Part shown: positions 54,801 to 62,936 of the stretch, in pieces
Layout of the letters: every line of letters begins with the position of its first letter
Position numbering within the stretch: position 1 is the first letter of the stretch
Source: a virus
Reading direction: 5' to 3' (one strand)
Length of the DNA stretch: 64,000 bases
Virus record (IMG/VR): IMGVR_UViG_3300036830_000392
Coordinates: 4,848-68,847 of that record
Program-made: the position numbers and the translations under genes
The notes under the pieces: generated by a model
Databases searched by the model: none
The model's input: only the letters and a program-made list of their open reading frames with translations
Told to the model about the DNA's origin: nothing

Positions 54801-55521
54801 AGATCGTCTGGTCAAACAGGCCGTCGAGGAAGTTGAACTGTCCGCCAAGGAATGCGTTTCCCCTGAACGAGACGGCGCCCCCTGCCCAGATCGCCCAGCT
54901 GTCACTGGTATCGTCCCAGCCAGCCAGAGACGGCTCGCCTTCAATCCACAGCGTTGCTACCGGGCCTTGCTGGCCGTTGGGCGTGAGGTCGTTATCGCCT
55001 TCAACGTTGTTGAAGGTCGGCGAGTAAATCGAAACGTATGCCACATGATCGGCCGTGTTGTAATTCTGGTCGGCGGTGAAATCGACGGACCCGTGGATTT
55101 TGAAGAAGTCCGTCGTGACATCGGTCTGCGCGAAGGACTGCGTCAGGTCGACGTCGACCATCGTCGGAGCGACCGCGTCGGCATTGAAGCCCCAGCCACT
55201 GGCGTTGAAGCGCATCGGCCCTTTGGCGGCGTCCTTCGATGCGTCGATGGTCAGGCCGTCGCCGGGGTTGAGGCCACCCGACCAGGTGTTGCCGCCGGCG
55301 TGGCCGGTGATGTAGTCGCCGTGGACGGTATGGCCGTCGATGTCGAGGGTCAGACCGTCGGTGAACGTGTATGAGGCGCCGGCGCCCGGCGGGATTGCGG
55401 CGATGGCGGCCTCGAGATCGTCGAGGCGGACGAGATCATCGGGCGCGATGGCGTGACGTGAGCCGTACGCGCGCCGGTTCTTGAAGTTCCAATCCCGCTC
55501 GGCGTTGTCGCGCAGACTCAT
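51841..55521 (-). CDS. Large tail/side fibre protein
   Basis: 1226 aa, Thr/Gly/Ser-rich. TAGTGLTGGGDLSANRT fibre motif and an internal duplication. Confidence 0.8.
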   Translation of the reverse strand: MSLRDNAERDWNFKNRRAYGSRHAIAPDDLVRLDDLEAAIAAIPPGAGASYTFTDGLTLDIDGHTVHGDYITGHAGGNTWSGGLNPGDGLTIDASKDAAKGPMRFNASGWGFNADAVAPTMVDVDLTQSFAQTDVTTDFFKIHGSVDFTADQNYNTADHVAYVSIYSPTFNNVEGDNDLTPNGQQGPVATLWIEGEPSLAGWDDTSDSWAIWAGGAVSFRGNAFLGGQFNFLDGLFDQTIYKSGTGDFFLQNINGGNTFLGTNGGTGAVSVNAAGALGVNVLPSGAHRFQVHAAQSVAFSSSATLDAVYFDPSTTTLTGGTGTISTAAGFNQVVFAAPTINATSTTINNAATVTILGAPSGTATITNPYALNVQAGTTRLAGTVIISTLTGMLKATSGTVSVGTGGTDYVAPTTTLTAGTGLTGGGDLSANRTFNVGANADGSIAVNADDIQVGVLATDAQHGNRGNGSLHTTATTSTAGFLAAADKSTLANSKFFVGNSTNAPASAQNLGALASGILKQTVSGGVSTISVATGGTDFENPLTFSQGVTRASNAVTGDYITGKAGGQVWTSGTSASDPLTIQTFATSPTGAITLKAAQIFVPAGNFSTAPGIEFTGSTGAGFAYQNASGTDLLRVVVNESTLLYFQSDGIHMNNGALIDYGQGSSTKGVGIGGYASGGPYLDVVGTTATTAQGFSVFNTRTDGSNYERYTIDWTTTANTVKVGAQAAGTGTVRAVSYVGASHTFGNTVVIQSLTGMLKATSGTVSVGTAGTDYTGIITLTAGTGLTGGGDTSASRTFNVIGNADGSILANPDDIQVGVLATDAQHGNRGGGGIHAAATTGTAGFLSSADKSTLANSKFFVGNSTNAPASSQNLGALTTGILKQTVSAGVSTIATATGGTDYEFPLTFSIGLTRATNTITANITTGVSGGQTATGGTVSGNALTLRSNTSNDGKILLGSTSNGFSESTGQFWLGTTTPASTATIAINVSQNSFTEVLNTNANTGGAAGAWFVAGLNANTDSGKTMVMAMLGTNWTTSGLLGPQVGLIEHAPSIASNMVISANSTGDMVFATTTSRTERARVTTDGYWTHKLWGTAITTSPSNRYGFELQQAATTNISNGVTGTIWATAAITQGTFQMSSGSATITSLASLYIDGAPLNGGGGLTTTNRYSIFCDFGLARFDGDGTQVFETPHFTPAPTSFSNSNEYIPVKVTGVGLKYILLQDLSFS
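52718..54373 (-). repeat. Diverged internal duplication of about 185 codons (approx. 53807-54373 and 52718-53280)
   Basis: LTGMLKATSGTVSVG...DDIQVGVLATDAQHGNRG...DKSTLANSKFFVGNSTNAPAS occurs twice. Confidence 0.85.
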
Positions 55522-55533
55522 AGCCCCAGATCG

Positions 55534-55562
55534 AGGCTACAGGCTGGGCGAACGGTCTCTAG
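55534..55562 (-). promoter_or_regulatory. Phage late-type promoter motif (large fibre)
   Basis: ctttCTAGAG-17-TAGCCT-12-ATG. Confidence 0.7.
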
Positions 55563-55577
55563 AAAGGCCAGGGGCCG

Positions 55578-56087
55578 CTACGAATTGGCCTTCTTCTCGC
55601 CGTCCTCTTCGAGTTCCTTCGGGACAGGTGCGCCACGAATGAAGGCAGTCACGATTGTGACAAGGGATCCGATGCCGAGAATGCTCCCGCCGACCTCGTG
55701 GCCAGTTTTCATCGCAAGCGCGGAGCAGCCGAGGCCGGCCATGGTTATCACGAAGGCCATCCATTGGCCTCGGCCCCGATACCGGATTTGAGCCTTGAAT
55801 CCTTCCCTGCCTACAAGGCCGTCTTCCTTTTCCATCTCTCGACGGTGCTGTCCTTCGGCTTCGAGATTGGCGATTAGCCTCTGAGCTGATCCGGGGACGA
55901 TCTGCTCGAACTGAGCAAGCGTCGTTGGATGAGGGAGCGGACCGTTGTAGTGCTCGGTGTAGGTTCGTTCCACGCGGACGGACTGAGGGCCTTGGGCGTT
56001 TCGAGCAACATCGCTCTGGGCCTGTCGGCGGACGATTTCCTGCCGGTGGAGCTTACGACGCCGCTTGCTGCTCACGCTCGCGCTCAA
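55578..56087 (-). CDS. DUF2335-family membrane protein (moron)
   Basis: YNGPLPHP..L.QFEQIVPGSAQR...HRR..E...RGQ and two TM helices. Confidence 0.85.
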   Translation of the reverse strand: MSASVSSKRRRKLHRQEIVRRQAQSDVARNAQGPQSVRVERTYTEHYNGPLPHPTTLAQFEQIVPGSAQRLIANLEAEGQHRREMEKEDGLVGREGFKAQIRYRGRGQWMAFVITMAGLGCSALAMKTGHEVGGSILGIGSLVTIVTAFIRGAPVPKELEEDGEKKANS

Positions 56088-56283
56088 TCACCCGGTCGAA
56101 GTCGGATCCGATCTTTTTGCAGTCCGAACGGAGCGCGGCCAGGTCGGAGACTTCGCGGCGATGAGCATCGAGCATTCGGACCAGCGGGTAAGTGCCCCAG
56201 ATGTCCAAGACGCTTCCTGCGCCAGCCAAGTATGCTCCCAAGCGAGAGCTGTACGAGATGAAGCAGCGTTTTACGGCGGACAT
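56053..56283 (-). CDS. Small partner gene upstream of the DUF2335 gene
   Basis: GAGSVLDIWG...SDLAALRSD..KIGSDF. Confidence 0.6.
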   Translation of the reverse strand: MSAVKRCFISYSSRLGAYLAGAGSVLDIWGTYPLVRMLDAHRREVSDLAALRSDCKKIGSDFDRVIEREREQQAAS

Positions 56284-56585
56284 GTGCTCACCATGGATCG
56301 CGAATTCGGGTTGTCAAACTCAGCGGCCAATGAGGTACGCACATATTCATGGTCGGTAGATCTAACGTCAAGACTTAAGCCTCTTCCTGGTGCGCAAGCG
56401 TTACACATGTGTGTGACATCTGTGTCATATCTGTGGCTGCGCCTCCGTTCAGTTGCGCGCCTTTGCGATTCGCGGGACGCTTGGTGTGGGCAGGCCGATT
56501 CGGCGACTGATCATCGCCGGGTGGCGCTGGCGCTCCCAGCGCTGGGCCTGCCTCTAAAAATGGGAGCGCGGTGAAGGAGCACACC

Positions 56586-57125
56586 ATGAAGCGTTTTGGT
56601 CTTTTGGCGGCCCTGCTGGGGTTCGCGGCCTGCGGGAACGTCACGGCTAGCAGCGTCGAGGAAGATGCCGGCGACGGCAGCGGCGGCGCGGCGGCGATGA
56701 TGGGCGACGCTGGCGGGTCGGCAGCCGGCGGCGCGATGGCGGACGCTGGCACCGGCGGCGCCCAGGCGGCGAATGACGCGGGCACGGGCGGAACGGCCAC
56801 GGGCACCGGGGGCGCGGGCACGGGCGGAATCCAGGGCTCGGGCGGGATGCAGGGGACGGGTGGCGCTGGTAGCGGCGGCGCTCAGGGAACGGGCGGCGCG
56901 CCGGTGGCGACCTACCGGACGTGCATGGCGGTCAACGGATGGGAGCCCGACGCCGCACGCAATCAGATCTGCGTGAACAATGAAGGCAACGTGCTTTACC
57001 TCGGCGGCCTCAGCGGGGCCCGGTGTCTCACCTGCATTCCCACGCCCTTCATACTCCACAGCGAGGAGTGCAGTATTCCAATGGGCCTCTGCGTGAAGGC
57101 ATGCAGCGAATGTGCGGCGCCATAA
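56586..57125 (+). CDS. Gly/Thr-rich lipoprotein with a Cys-rich C-terminus (moron)
   Basis: Lipobox FAAC, DAG and GTGG repeats, AAGGAG RBS. Confidence 0.8.
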   Translation: MKRFGLLAALLGFAACGNVTASSVEEDAGDGSGGAAAMMGDAGGSAAGGAMADAGTGGAQAANDAGTGGTATGTGGAGTGGIQGSGGMQGTGGAGSGGAQGTGGAPVATYRTCMAVNGWEPDAARNQICVNNEGNVLYLGGLSGARCLTCIPTPFILHSEECSIPMGLCVKACSECAAP

Positions 57126-57126
57126 A

Positions 57127-57498
57127 ATGACCCTTGGCATCTATTTCGCTGTCCTGGTGGCCGTCATCCTGGGCGTCCACCTGTTCGACTTCGTGAGGGA
57201 ACTAAGGGCGACAGGCAAAGACTCCGGAGATTTGCTGGCGGACCTCGGGAGAAAGCTGAAGAACTTTCAGATCAAGCTGGAGTACGGTCCGATCAACGAA
57301 GCAATGATCTGTCCGCACTGCCAAACAAAGGGCAATGTACGAACTAAGGCTGTGGAACGGAAAGACGGAATCAGCGGCGGGAAGGCTGCGGCGGCGATTC
57401 TGCTGAGTCCTCTTACCCTTCTTGCGACCGGCCTGTCGCGAATGAAAAAGGCGACCCAGGCGTACTGCGACAACTGCAAGTCGACCTGGGATTTCTGA
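57127..57498 (+). CDS. Membrane protein with a split zinc ribbon (moron)
   Basis: N-terminal TM, CPHC...hydrophobic segment...CDNC..TW. Confidence 0.7.
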   Translation: MTLGIYFAVLVAVILGVHLFDFVRELRATGKDSGDLLADLGRKLKNFQIKLEYGPINEAMICPHCQTKGNVRTKAVERKDGISGGKAAAAILLSPLTLLATGLSRMKKATQAYCDNCKSTWDF

Positions 57499-57522
57499 TC
57501 GTCCAGGGAGTGTACCTCTCAG

Positions 57523-58725
57523 CTAGCTCAGTACGATCTCGGCGAACTTCCCGGCCGATCCCGCTGTCCCAGGATTGCCTGCTATGGTTCCACCCGGCCC
57601 GCCGGCGCCGAATGTCCCAGCCGCCACGCACGCGCTAGTCAGCGCCGGTCCGGTCTTCGTTCCAGAGACCAGCAGAACGCATCCGCCGCCTCCGCCGCCA
57701 CCGCCGCCACCGCCGCTGGCGACGCCGCCATCTGCGCCAGCAGCTCCGTTCCCGCCAAACGAACGCAACGCCGTCGCCGAGGCGATGACGACGGTCCGGG
57801 CGATGACGATCAGGACATCGCCACCAGCGCCACCACCGCCGCCAGCGACGAACTGCGCACCGCCGCCGCCGCCGCCCCCGGTGCCGCCACGCAGGCCGAA
57901 GCCGTTCCACCAGCCCGCCTGGCCGCAGAGAAACTGCCGCAGGTTGCTGTTGGCTGGGAACGACTGAGAGCCGGCGCTTCCTCCCGAGTGTGGCGCGCCG
58001 CTGAGTCCGCCCGATCCGCCCGTGCCACCGCCGGAAGGATTGGAGGTGCTGCCCGAGTTGCTACCGTCGGCGCCACCGGCCCCGCCGTCGCCGCCAGCTG
58101 AGCCGCACATCCAAGCGTCGGTCACGCCAGTGCCGCCGGATGCGCCGCTTGCGTTTAAGGCCGACGCGACACGCGGCTGGATGTAACCGCCCGACGCGAT
58201 GCTAAGCAGGCCACGGACGCGAAGGATTCGGCGATTGGTGGTCAGAACGCCCGACGCGCCGATGGTCAGGTTGTTCAGGTGCGTTTCTTCGCCGGGGTTT
58301 CCGGCCGCCAGCGAGCTCGCGCCAGATACCGTCAGATCACCGTCGCTGCCGTCTCCGAAGGCGAGGCCAGTTCCGTTTCCGGCCGCGTTCCAGAGAAAAC
58401 GCCAGTTGGCCGGATCGTTGGCTGGCGCCAGGCCAGTCGATGCCGTTCCAGTCAGCATGTAGACGCCGCCATCGGGTCCACGAACGACGGCGCCCGTGAC
58501 GTACAGGGTCTCGCTGGTGTTCCAGCCGATGATGCCGTTCGTGCACAGGTACCGGATGCCGTTCGAACAGAAATGCAGGAGCCAGTTGAAGAACCCGCGG
58601 CTCGGCGGAATGGACGTCAGCGGCCAGCCAGTCTGGATGAAGCCGTCGCTGGGTCGAACGATGTCAGGAGACCCAGATGCTGTCTCACCCCATGGGGGCG
58701 CGATTTCCGGCGTGGTGATCGACAT
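57523..58725 (-). CDS. Tail fibre with a glycine-rich C-terminal domain
   Basis: Follows the baseplate wedge genes. GW...PPSRGFFNW N-terminus, FGDGSDG and poly-Gly tracts. Confidence 0.8.
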   Translation of the reverse strand: MSITTPEIAPPWGETASGSPDIVRPSDGFIQTGWPLTSIPPSRGFFNWLLHFCSNGIRYLCTNGIIGWNTSETLYVTGAVVRGPDGGVYMLTGTASTGLAPANDPANWRFLWNAAGNGTGLAFGDGSDGDLTVSGASSLAAGNPGEETHLNNLTIGASGVLTTNRRILRVRGLLSIASGGYIQPRVASALNASGASGGTGVTDAWMCGSAGGDGGAGGADGSNSGSTSNPSGGGTGGSGGLSGAPHSGGSAGSQSFPANSNLRQFLCGQAGWWNGFGLRGGTGGGGGGGAQFVAGGGGGAGGDVLIVIARTVVIASATALRSFGGNGAAGADGGVASGGGGGGGGGGGCVLLVSGTKTGPALTSACVAAGTFGAGGPGGTIAGNPGTAGSAGKFAEIVLS

Positions 58726-58755
58726 CGACCACCAGATTGACGGCCCGGTGGCGAA

Positions 58756-59361
58756 TCAGAAGATTTCTGAGAACGGACCGCCGGGCGGAGCTGGCAGATT
58801 CAGTTCGCCGAACGTCTTTGCGCCAGGCGTGTCGTCGAAGCCGAAGTAGTCGCCGGTGGCGTCGAAAAACTGCTGCGTGACGAAGACGCCCATCGGCCGC
58901 GCCAAGATCGTTCCGCCGGCGCCGCTGTTGAGAATGGCCTTCTCGTCGGCGGTGACCGTGCGCCCAATCGCGTACCCAATGGCCATCCCGCCGTAATCGG
59001 CGAAGATCACCGGCGCGGCAAAGACCGCAGCCAGGATTTTAATGATGTCAGGGCCCGTGGCGTGCGAGGTGTTGCGGGTGATGCGCGCCTTGGCGAGGAT
59101 GCGCAATTCTGCGTCGAGAGCGGAACTGCCGTTGATCAGATCGCGGATCTGGCCGACCAGCTCGGCGGTGACGCCCAGGTTGACGCCGGTGGCGATGTCG
59201 AGATCGTCGAGCTGCGGGATCGAACGAAGCGTGTCGTCGATGTTCTGGACCGGCGCCATCAGCGCATCGATGAAGGCCAGCAGCTTCGTGCTCTGCTTGT
59301 ACTGCAGCAGGATGCGGCTATGCGCTTGCCCGCCGTAGTCCTTTGCGTCTTCCTCGCCCAT
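58756..59361 (-). CDS. Baseplate wedge protein (DUF2612-like)
   Basis: QYKQSTKL, DLDIATGVNL, KARITRN, RPMGV and YFGFD motifs. Confidence 0.85.
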   Translation of the reverse strand: MGEEDAKDYGGQAHSRILLQYKQSTKLLAFIDALMAPVQNIDDTLRSIPQLDDLDIATGVNLGVTAELVGQIRDLINGSSALDAELRILAKARITRNTSHATGPDIIKILAAVFAAPVIFADYGGMAIGYAIGRTVTADEKAILNSGAGGTILARPMGVFVTQQFFDATGDYFGFDDTPGAKTFGELNLPAPPGGPFSEIF

Positions 59362-59364
59362 GGC

Positions 59365-60516
59365 TCAGAGGTTCTGGATCACGATGCGCACCGAGTCCCA
59401 GGTGGCGAGCGAGTTGAACGGGATCGGCAGGTTGACGGATCCACTGGGATCTTCGGCCAGTCCGATGAACAGGTTCACCACGTCGAGCCCGGGCACGGTG
59501 TTGATCGGAATGAACAGTTGCGACCAGATCACCGTCTTGCCGATGTCGCCGTTCGCTTCGCCCCACGCGACGATGGCGTCCTTGATGATGTCCTGAGTTG
59601 GCGTCGACGGAACCTCAGTCATCACAACCTTCACCCATACGGGCGCATCGATCGGGCGGTCGAACTGCATTCGATGCGTGATCCCCTGATCGTCAGTGAC
59701 GTCGTGGACCACGGATCCGACCTGCGTGACCCCGACCGACTTCTTCAGCCAGATCGCATTGGCGATCTCTGCTTCGTCACCGCCCTCGACGATGACCTGG
59801 ATCGAGTGGCGCGGCAGGCCGTTGTCGTCGACGACGTCGGTCGGGTTCTCATAGACCTTCGCATGGGTGACGTTCGTGATCTGGAGAAGAGCCGCGAAGA
59901 GGCCATCGATGATCCCTTGGCTGGGCAACGCCACCGACGCCTGCCTGCGCAGGCGCAGGGCTGCGTCTGATTCGGCGGCGGCCCCTACCGATGCGTCGCT
60001 GCCGTTGATCGCCGTGTTCCAGCCACTGATCACAGTCGTGACCTGCGTCAGCGTGCCGGCGCTCGCGTGCACCGGGCCCGACTGCCTGGCGACCATCGAG
60101 GCGACGATCGATCCGCCGCCGCCGATCGTGACATCCGCTGTGGTCTTGAAGACCACCGTTGAATCGATCGAGCTGGTCACGAGAGAGCCAGCGGGGATCA
60201 GCGTGCCGGGAAGTCCGCCGAGCGTGCATGACACGGTACTGAACTGCGCCGGATTCCAGGTGAGGCCATTCAGCTTCACCAGGCGATGGAGGCCTGCGCC
60301 ACGCGCGCCGGCGGGAGACCGGCCGTTGTATACCGCCTCGGCCAGGTCGTCGAGGTCGGCGATCGCCTCTGCGAACACGCCCAGCAACTGCCCGTCGGGT
60401 GTCTCAGGAGAGAGGTCTGCGTCTACACCGAAGATCGCCTGCACCGCGGCCGTGAGCGTGGCCAGGCGCTCATCGAGCCGCGTCTTGACGAACCCCTCGT
60501 CGGTGATCGAACTCAT
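59365..60516 (-). CDS. Baseplate J/gp47 protein
   Basis: SPETPDGQLLG, ESDAALRLR, VYEN and PRHSI.VIVEGG motifs. Confidence 0.92.
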   Translation of the reverse strand: MSSITDEGFVKTRLDERLATLTAAVQAIFGVDADLSPETPDGQLLGVFAEAIADLDDLAEAVYNGRSPAGARGAGLHRLVKLNGLTWNPAQFSTVSCTLGGLPGTLIPAGSLVTSSIDSTVVFKTTADVTIGGGGSIVASMVARQSGPVHASAGTLTQVTTVISGWNTAINGSDASVGAAAESDAALRLRRQASVALPSQGIIDGLFAALLQITNVTHAKVYENPTDVVDDNGLPRHSIQVIVEGGDEAEIANAIWLKKSVGVTQVGSVVHDVTDDQGITHRMQFDRPIDAPVWVKVVMTEVPSTPTQDIIKDAIVAWGEANGDIGKTVIWSQLFIPINTVPGLDVVNLFIGLAEDPSGSVNLPIPFNSLATWDSVRIVIQNL

Positions 60517-60905
60517 GGGCCGACCTGGACGATGTTGAAGTCATCGCCGTCGACGGTCGTCCCAGACGCCGAGACAGTCAGATTTCGGGTGGTGCCGTTG
60601 AACGACATCGAGAACGATTCTAGGGTCGCAACGCCATCGGTCCCAAGGATTGCGGTCTTCAGGACGGCCTCGGCATACTGCAGATTGCGCGAGGCGCCCA
60701 TGATCGGCTGCACGCCGTTTCCCTCTGGCTGCCACCATGGAACGCCCGCGCTGGTGTCGAGGAACCATTCACCCTGGATCATCAGCAGCCGACAACGCAG
60801 GCGCTGCGCGGTCCCCTCGGCCCCGCCGGCGATGTTGCGGAGACCTCCGCCGAACGTCATGTCGTGGTTCTTGTCGAGCCGGCGGACACGGAGCGTGCCC
60901 ATCAA
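60513..60905 (-). CDS. Baseplate wedge / sheath initiator (gp25-like)
   Basis: RRLDKNHDMTFG...GEWFLDTSAGVPW...ILGTDGV. Confidence 0.8.
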   Translation of the reverse strand: MMGTLRVRRLDKNHDMTFGGGLRNIAGGAEGTAQRLRCRLLMIQGEWFLDTSAGVPWWQPEGNGVQPIMGASRNLQYAEAVLKTAILGTDGVATLESFSMSFNGTTRNLTVSASGTTVDGDDFNIVQVGP

Positions 60906-61651
60906 AGCACCTTCGCTTTCGCGGCAAGGGCGGCGCCGGCGGCGGTATTGAAGGCGGTGATCGCCGAGAGTAATGCCGGGGTCGCCGCGTGCGATGGATC
61001 GGCGGTGCCCTGGATCGCGGCGGCATAAGTGCTGAGCGCCGTCAGCAGCGTCGACATGGCGCTGTTGTACGCGGCGCCCTTGATGGCCGGCTGCGCGCCG
61101 GCCGTGCCGCCGACGAAGACGCTCACTGCATCGAGCACGATCTTGTCGTTTTCGATGCGAAGGACGACGGACCCATCGCGCGTGCGCAGTTCGGCGGCGC
61201 TGGTGTTGAAAGAAGTGATCGGATCGGGACGACCCTTCGATGAGAAACCAACGAATGCGAAGGCGTCTGAAAGATCGTGCATCCGATATTCGGCCGGAAG
61301 CTGCACACCGCCACGATCGAACCAGAAGTCAATCGCCCTTTCGGAGAAGACAAGCAGGCACTCGTCCTTCACTTTCACCGGAAACGTCAGGACGAAGTTG
61401 CCTCCCGCCGGGAAATGCACAGGCACGTCCACGCACAACGGAAGATTCACCGGTCCCTTGTCGATGTAGATGCACTGGATGGCAGGCTGAACCGTCGCCG
61501 TCTGCGTTTTCTCGTTGAACTTCTGGACGATCCCCGGCAAGCAGGTGTGCACCTCTTTCATCCGCGCGTCGATCGCCGCTTGGATCGCGGCCTCCAGGCT
61601 CGCCTCCTGCTGCTCGTCCTCCTGGATCTTCCCGGCCTCAGCAGCGTCCAT
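60902..61651 (-). CDS. Gp138-family central spike
   Basis: HTCLPGIV, VQP, DVPVHFP and DECLLVFSERAID..RMHDLSDA motifs. Confidence 0.88.
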   Translation of the reverse strand: MDAAEAGKIQEDEQQEASLEAAIQAAIDARMKEVHTCLPGIVQKFNEKTQTATVQPAIQCIYIDKGPVNLPLCVDVPVHFPAGGNFVLTFPVKVKDECLLVFSERAIDFWFDRGGVQLPAEYRMHDLSDAFAFVGFSSKGRPDPITSFNTSAAELRTRDGSVVLRIENDKIVLDAVSVFVGGTAGAQPAIKGAAYNSAMSTLLTALSTYAAAIQGTADPSHAATPALLSAITAFNTAAGAALAAKAKVL

Positions 61652-61776
61652 CAGGAAGTTTCCCCGGCCATTTGACGGGCATTGAGGCCCGTGTTCTTCT
61701 GATCTCGTCGACTGCCCAGAAGGCCGTCGATGTCGCGTGCCCTGCCAGGGGCACGGACCACTCTCGGAGAACGATC

Positions 61777-61998
61777 ATGAACAAGAGCGATCCGTTTACG
61801 CCATCGGCGGTCATCAGGGTATTCGACGAGCTTTTTAGGTATTTTCGGCTCGTCGAAAAGTTTCTCAATTTCGGCTTGATGCCTACCGACAGTCCTCGGT
61901 CGTCCCTTGACTGGCGTAACCGATTCGGCCCCGTCGAGACCAAGCCCCGGATCGATCGAATGTTCGCACCAGAGCCGCAGTCGCTGAGCGTGAACTAA
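61777..61998 (+). CDS. Small gene antisense to the baseplate operon
   Basis: GGAG RBS before MNKSDPF. Fills a 350-bp gap between hub and spike genes. Confidence 0.5.
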   Translation: MNKSDPFTPSAVIRVFDELFRYFRLVEKFLNFGLMPTDSPRSSLDWRNRFGPVETKPRIDRMFAPEPQSLSVN

Positions 61999-62003
61999 GC
62001 GGA

Positions 62004-62936
62004 TCACGCCGCCGCCTTCCCTGTCGGAATGGGCCGATCGAGCCCAACGCAGAACACCTGCGTGGACCAGGTGGTGTCGCGGTTGTCGCCTTCGTGCACG
62101 AGCTTGTAGACCTTGTAGACGCCATCGGGGTCGAGCCGCGCCAATTCTCCGCGGTGCTTCTTGACCTTCACTTTCTTCGCGCCCGGCTTGGTCTCCAGTT
62201 CCTTGGCGATCTTGGCCTTCAGGTCGTTGTTGTTGAGCCAGACCTTGCCGTTGCACTGGATGCGCGGGTTCAATAGACAGGTGGCCTTGATGCCCTTGTT
62301 GTCGATCTCGGGCGCGCCAAGGAGACCCGTGTCCGAGCGGAGGACCGTCGCCTCGGTAGGCGTGGTCGATCCGCGCGGCACGATCTGCAGGATGCCGTCC
62401 TGGATCGACCAGTGCGCATCGCTCTGCGCGGCGATGGTGTCGAGCACCTGCTTGACGCTGCCGCTCATCACGCGCCCGCGCAGGCGATTGGTATCCTTCA
62501 GCACGACATAGCCCTTCGTCACCGTCGAAAACTGGCTGACGATGTAGTCGACGATCTGCATGGAGCTGGAGTTGGCGGCGAGCGTGATGTGGATTCGCGA
62601 CTTCAGCAGATCCTTGTCGCCGTCGGCTGCGTCGATTTCGGTGATGTGGTCGTTCCCATCGCGGTACCCGAACGTGTGGCGGATGGTGCCGCGGAAGATC
62701 TGCGCAACCCCGTCCTGATAGCCGGCGTTCACGACGATCTCGTCGAACTCGCCTTTGATCTGGCTCTCGTGGTCCTGGGTCAGGTTGTAGATCTTGACCA
62801 AGGCCGTGTTGGGCGTGCGACCGATGGTCTTGTTCACCTCGAACGAGATGCGCAGATCTTTCACGGACAGACCCTTGCCGGCCTTGCCGATGATCACCTC
62901 GCACTGTCGCTTCCACTGCAGGATGCTGGCGCTCAT
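62004..62936 (-). CDS. Baseplate hub protein
   Basis: LRISFEV.K..PNTA.VKIYNL, AGYQDG, WSIQDG, TGLLGAPE and LLNPRI motifs. Confidence 0.85.
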   Translation of the reverse strand: MSASILQWKRQCEVIIGKAGKGLSVKDLRISFEVNKTIGRTPNTALVKIYNLTQDHESQIKGEFDEIVVNAGYQDGVAQIFRGTIRHTFGYRDGNDHITEIDAADGDKDLLKSRIHITLAANSSSMQIVDYIVSQFSTVTKGYVVLKDTNRLRGRVMSGSVKQVLDTIAAQSDAHWSIQDGILQIVPRGSTTPTEATVLRSDTGLLGAPEIDNKGIKATCLLNPRIQCNGKVWLNNNDLKAKIAKELETKPGAKKVKVKKHRGELARLDPDGVYKVYKLVHEGDNRDTTWSTQVFCVGLDRPIPTGKAAA

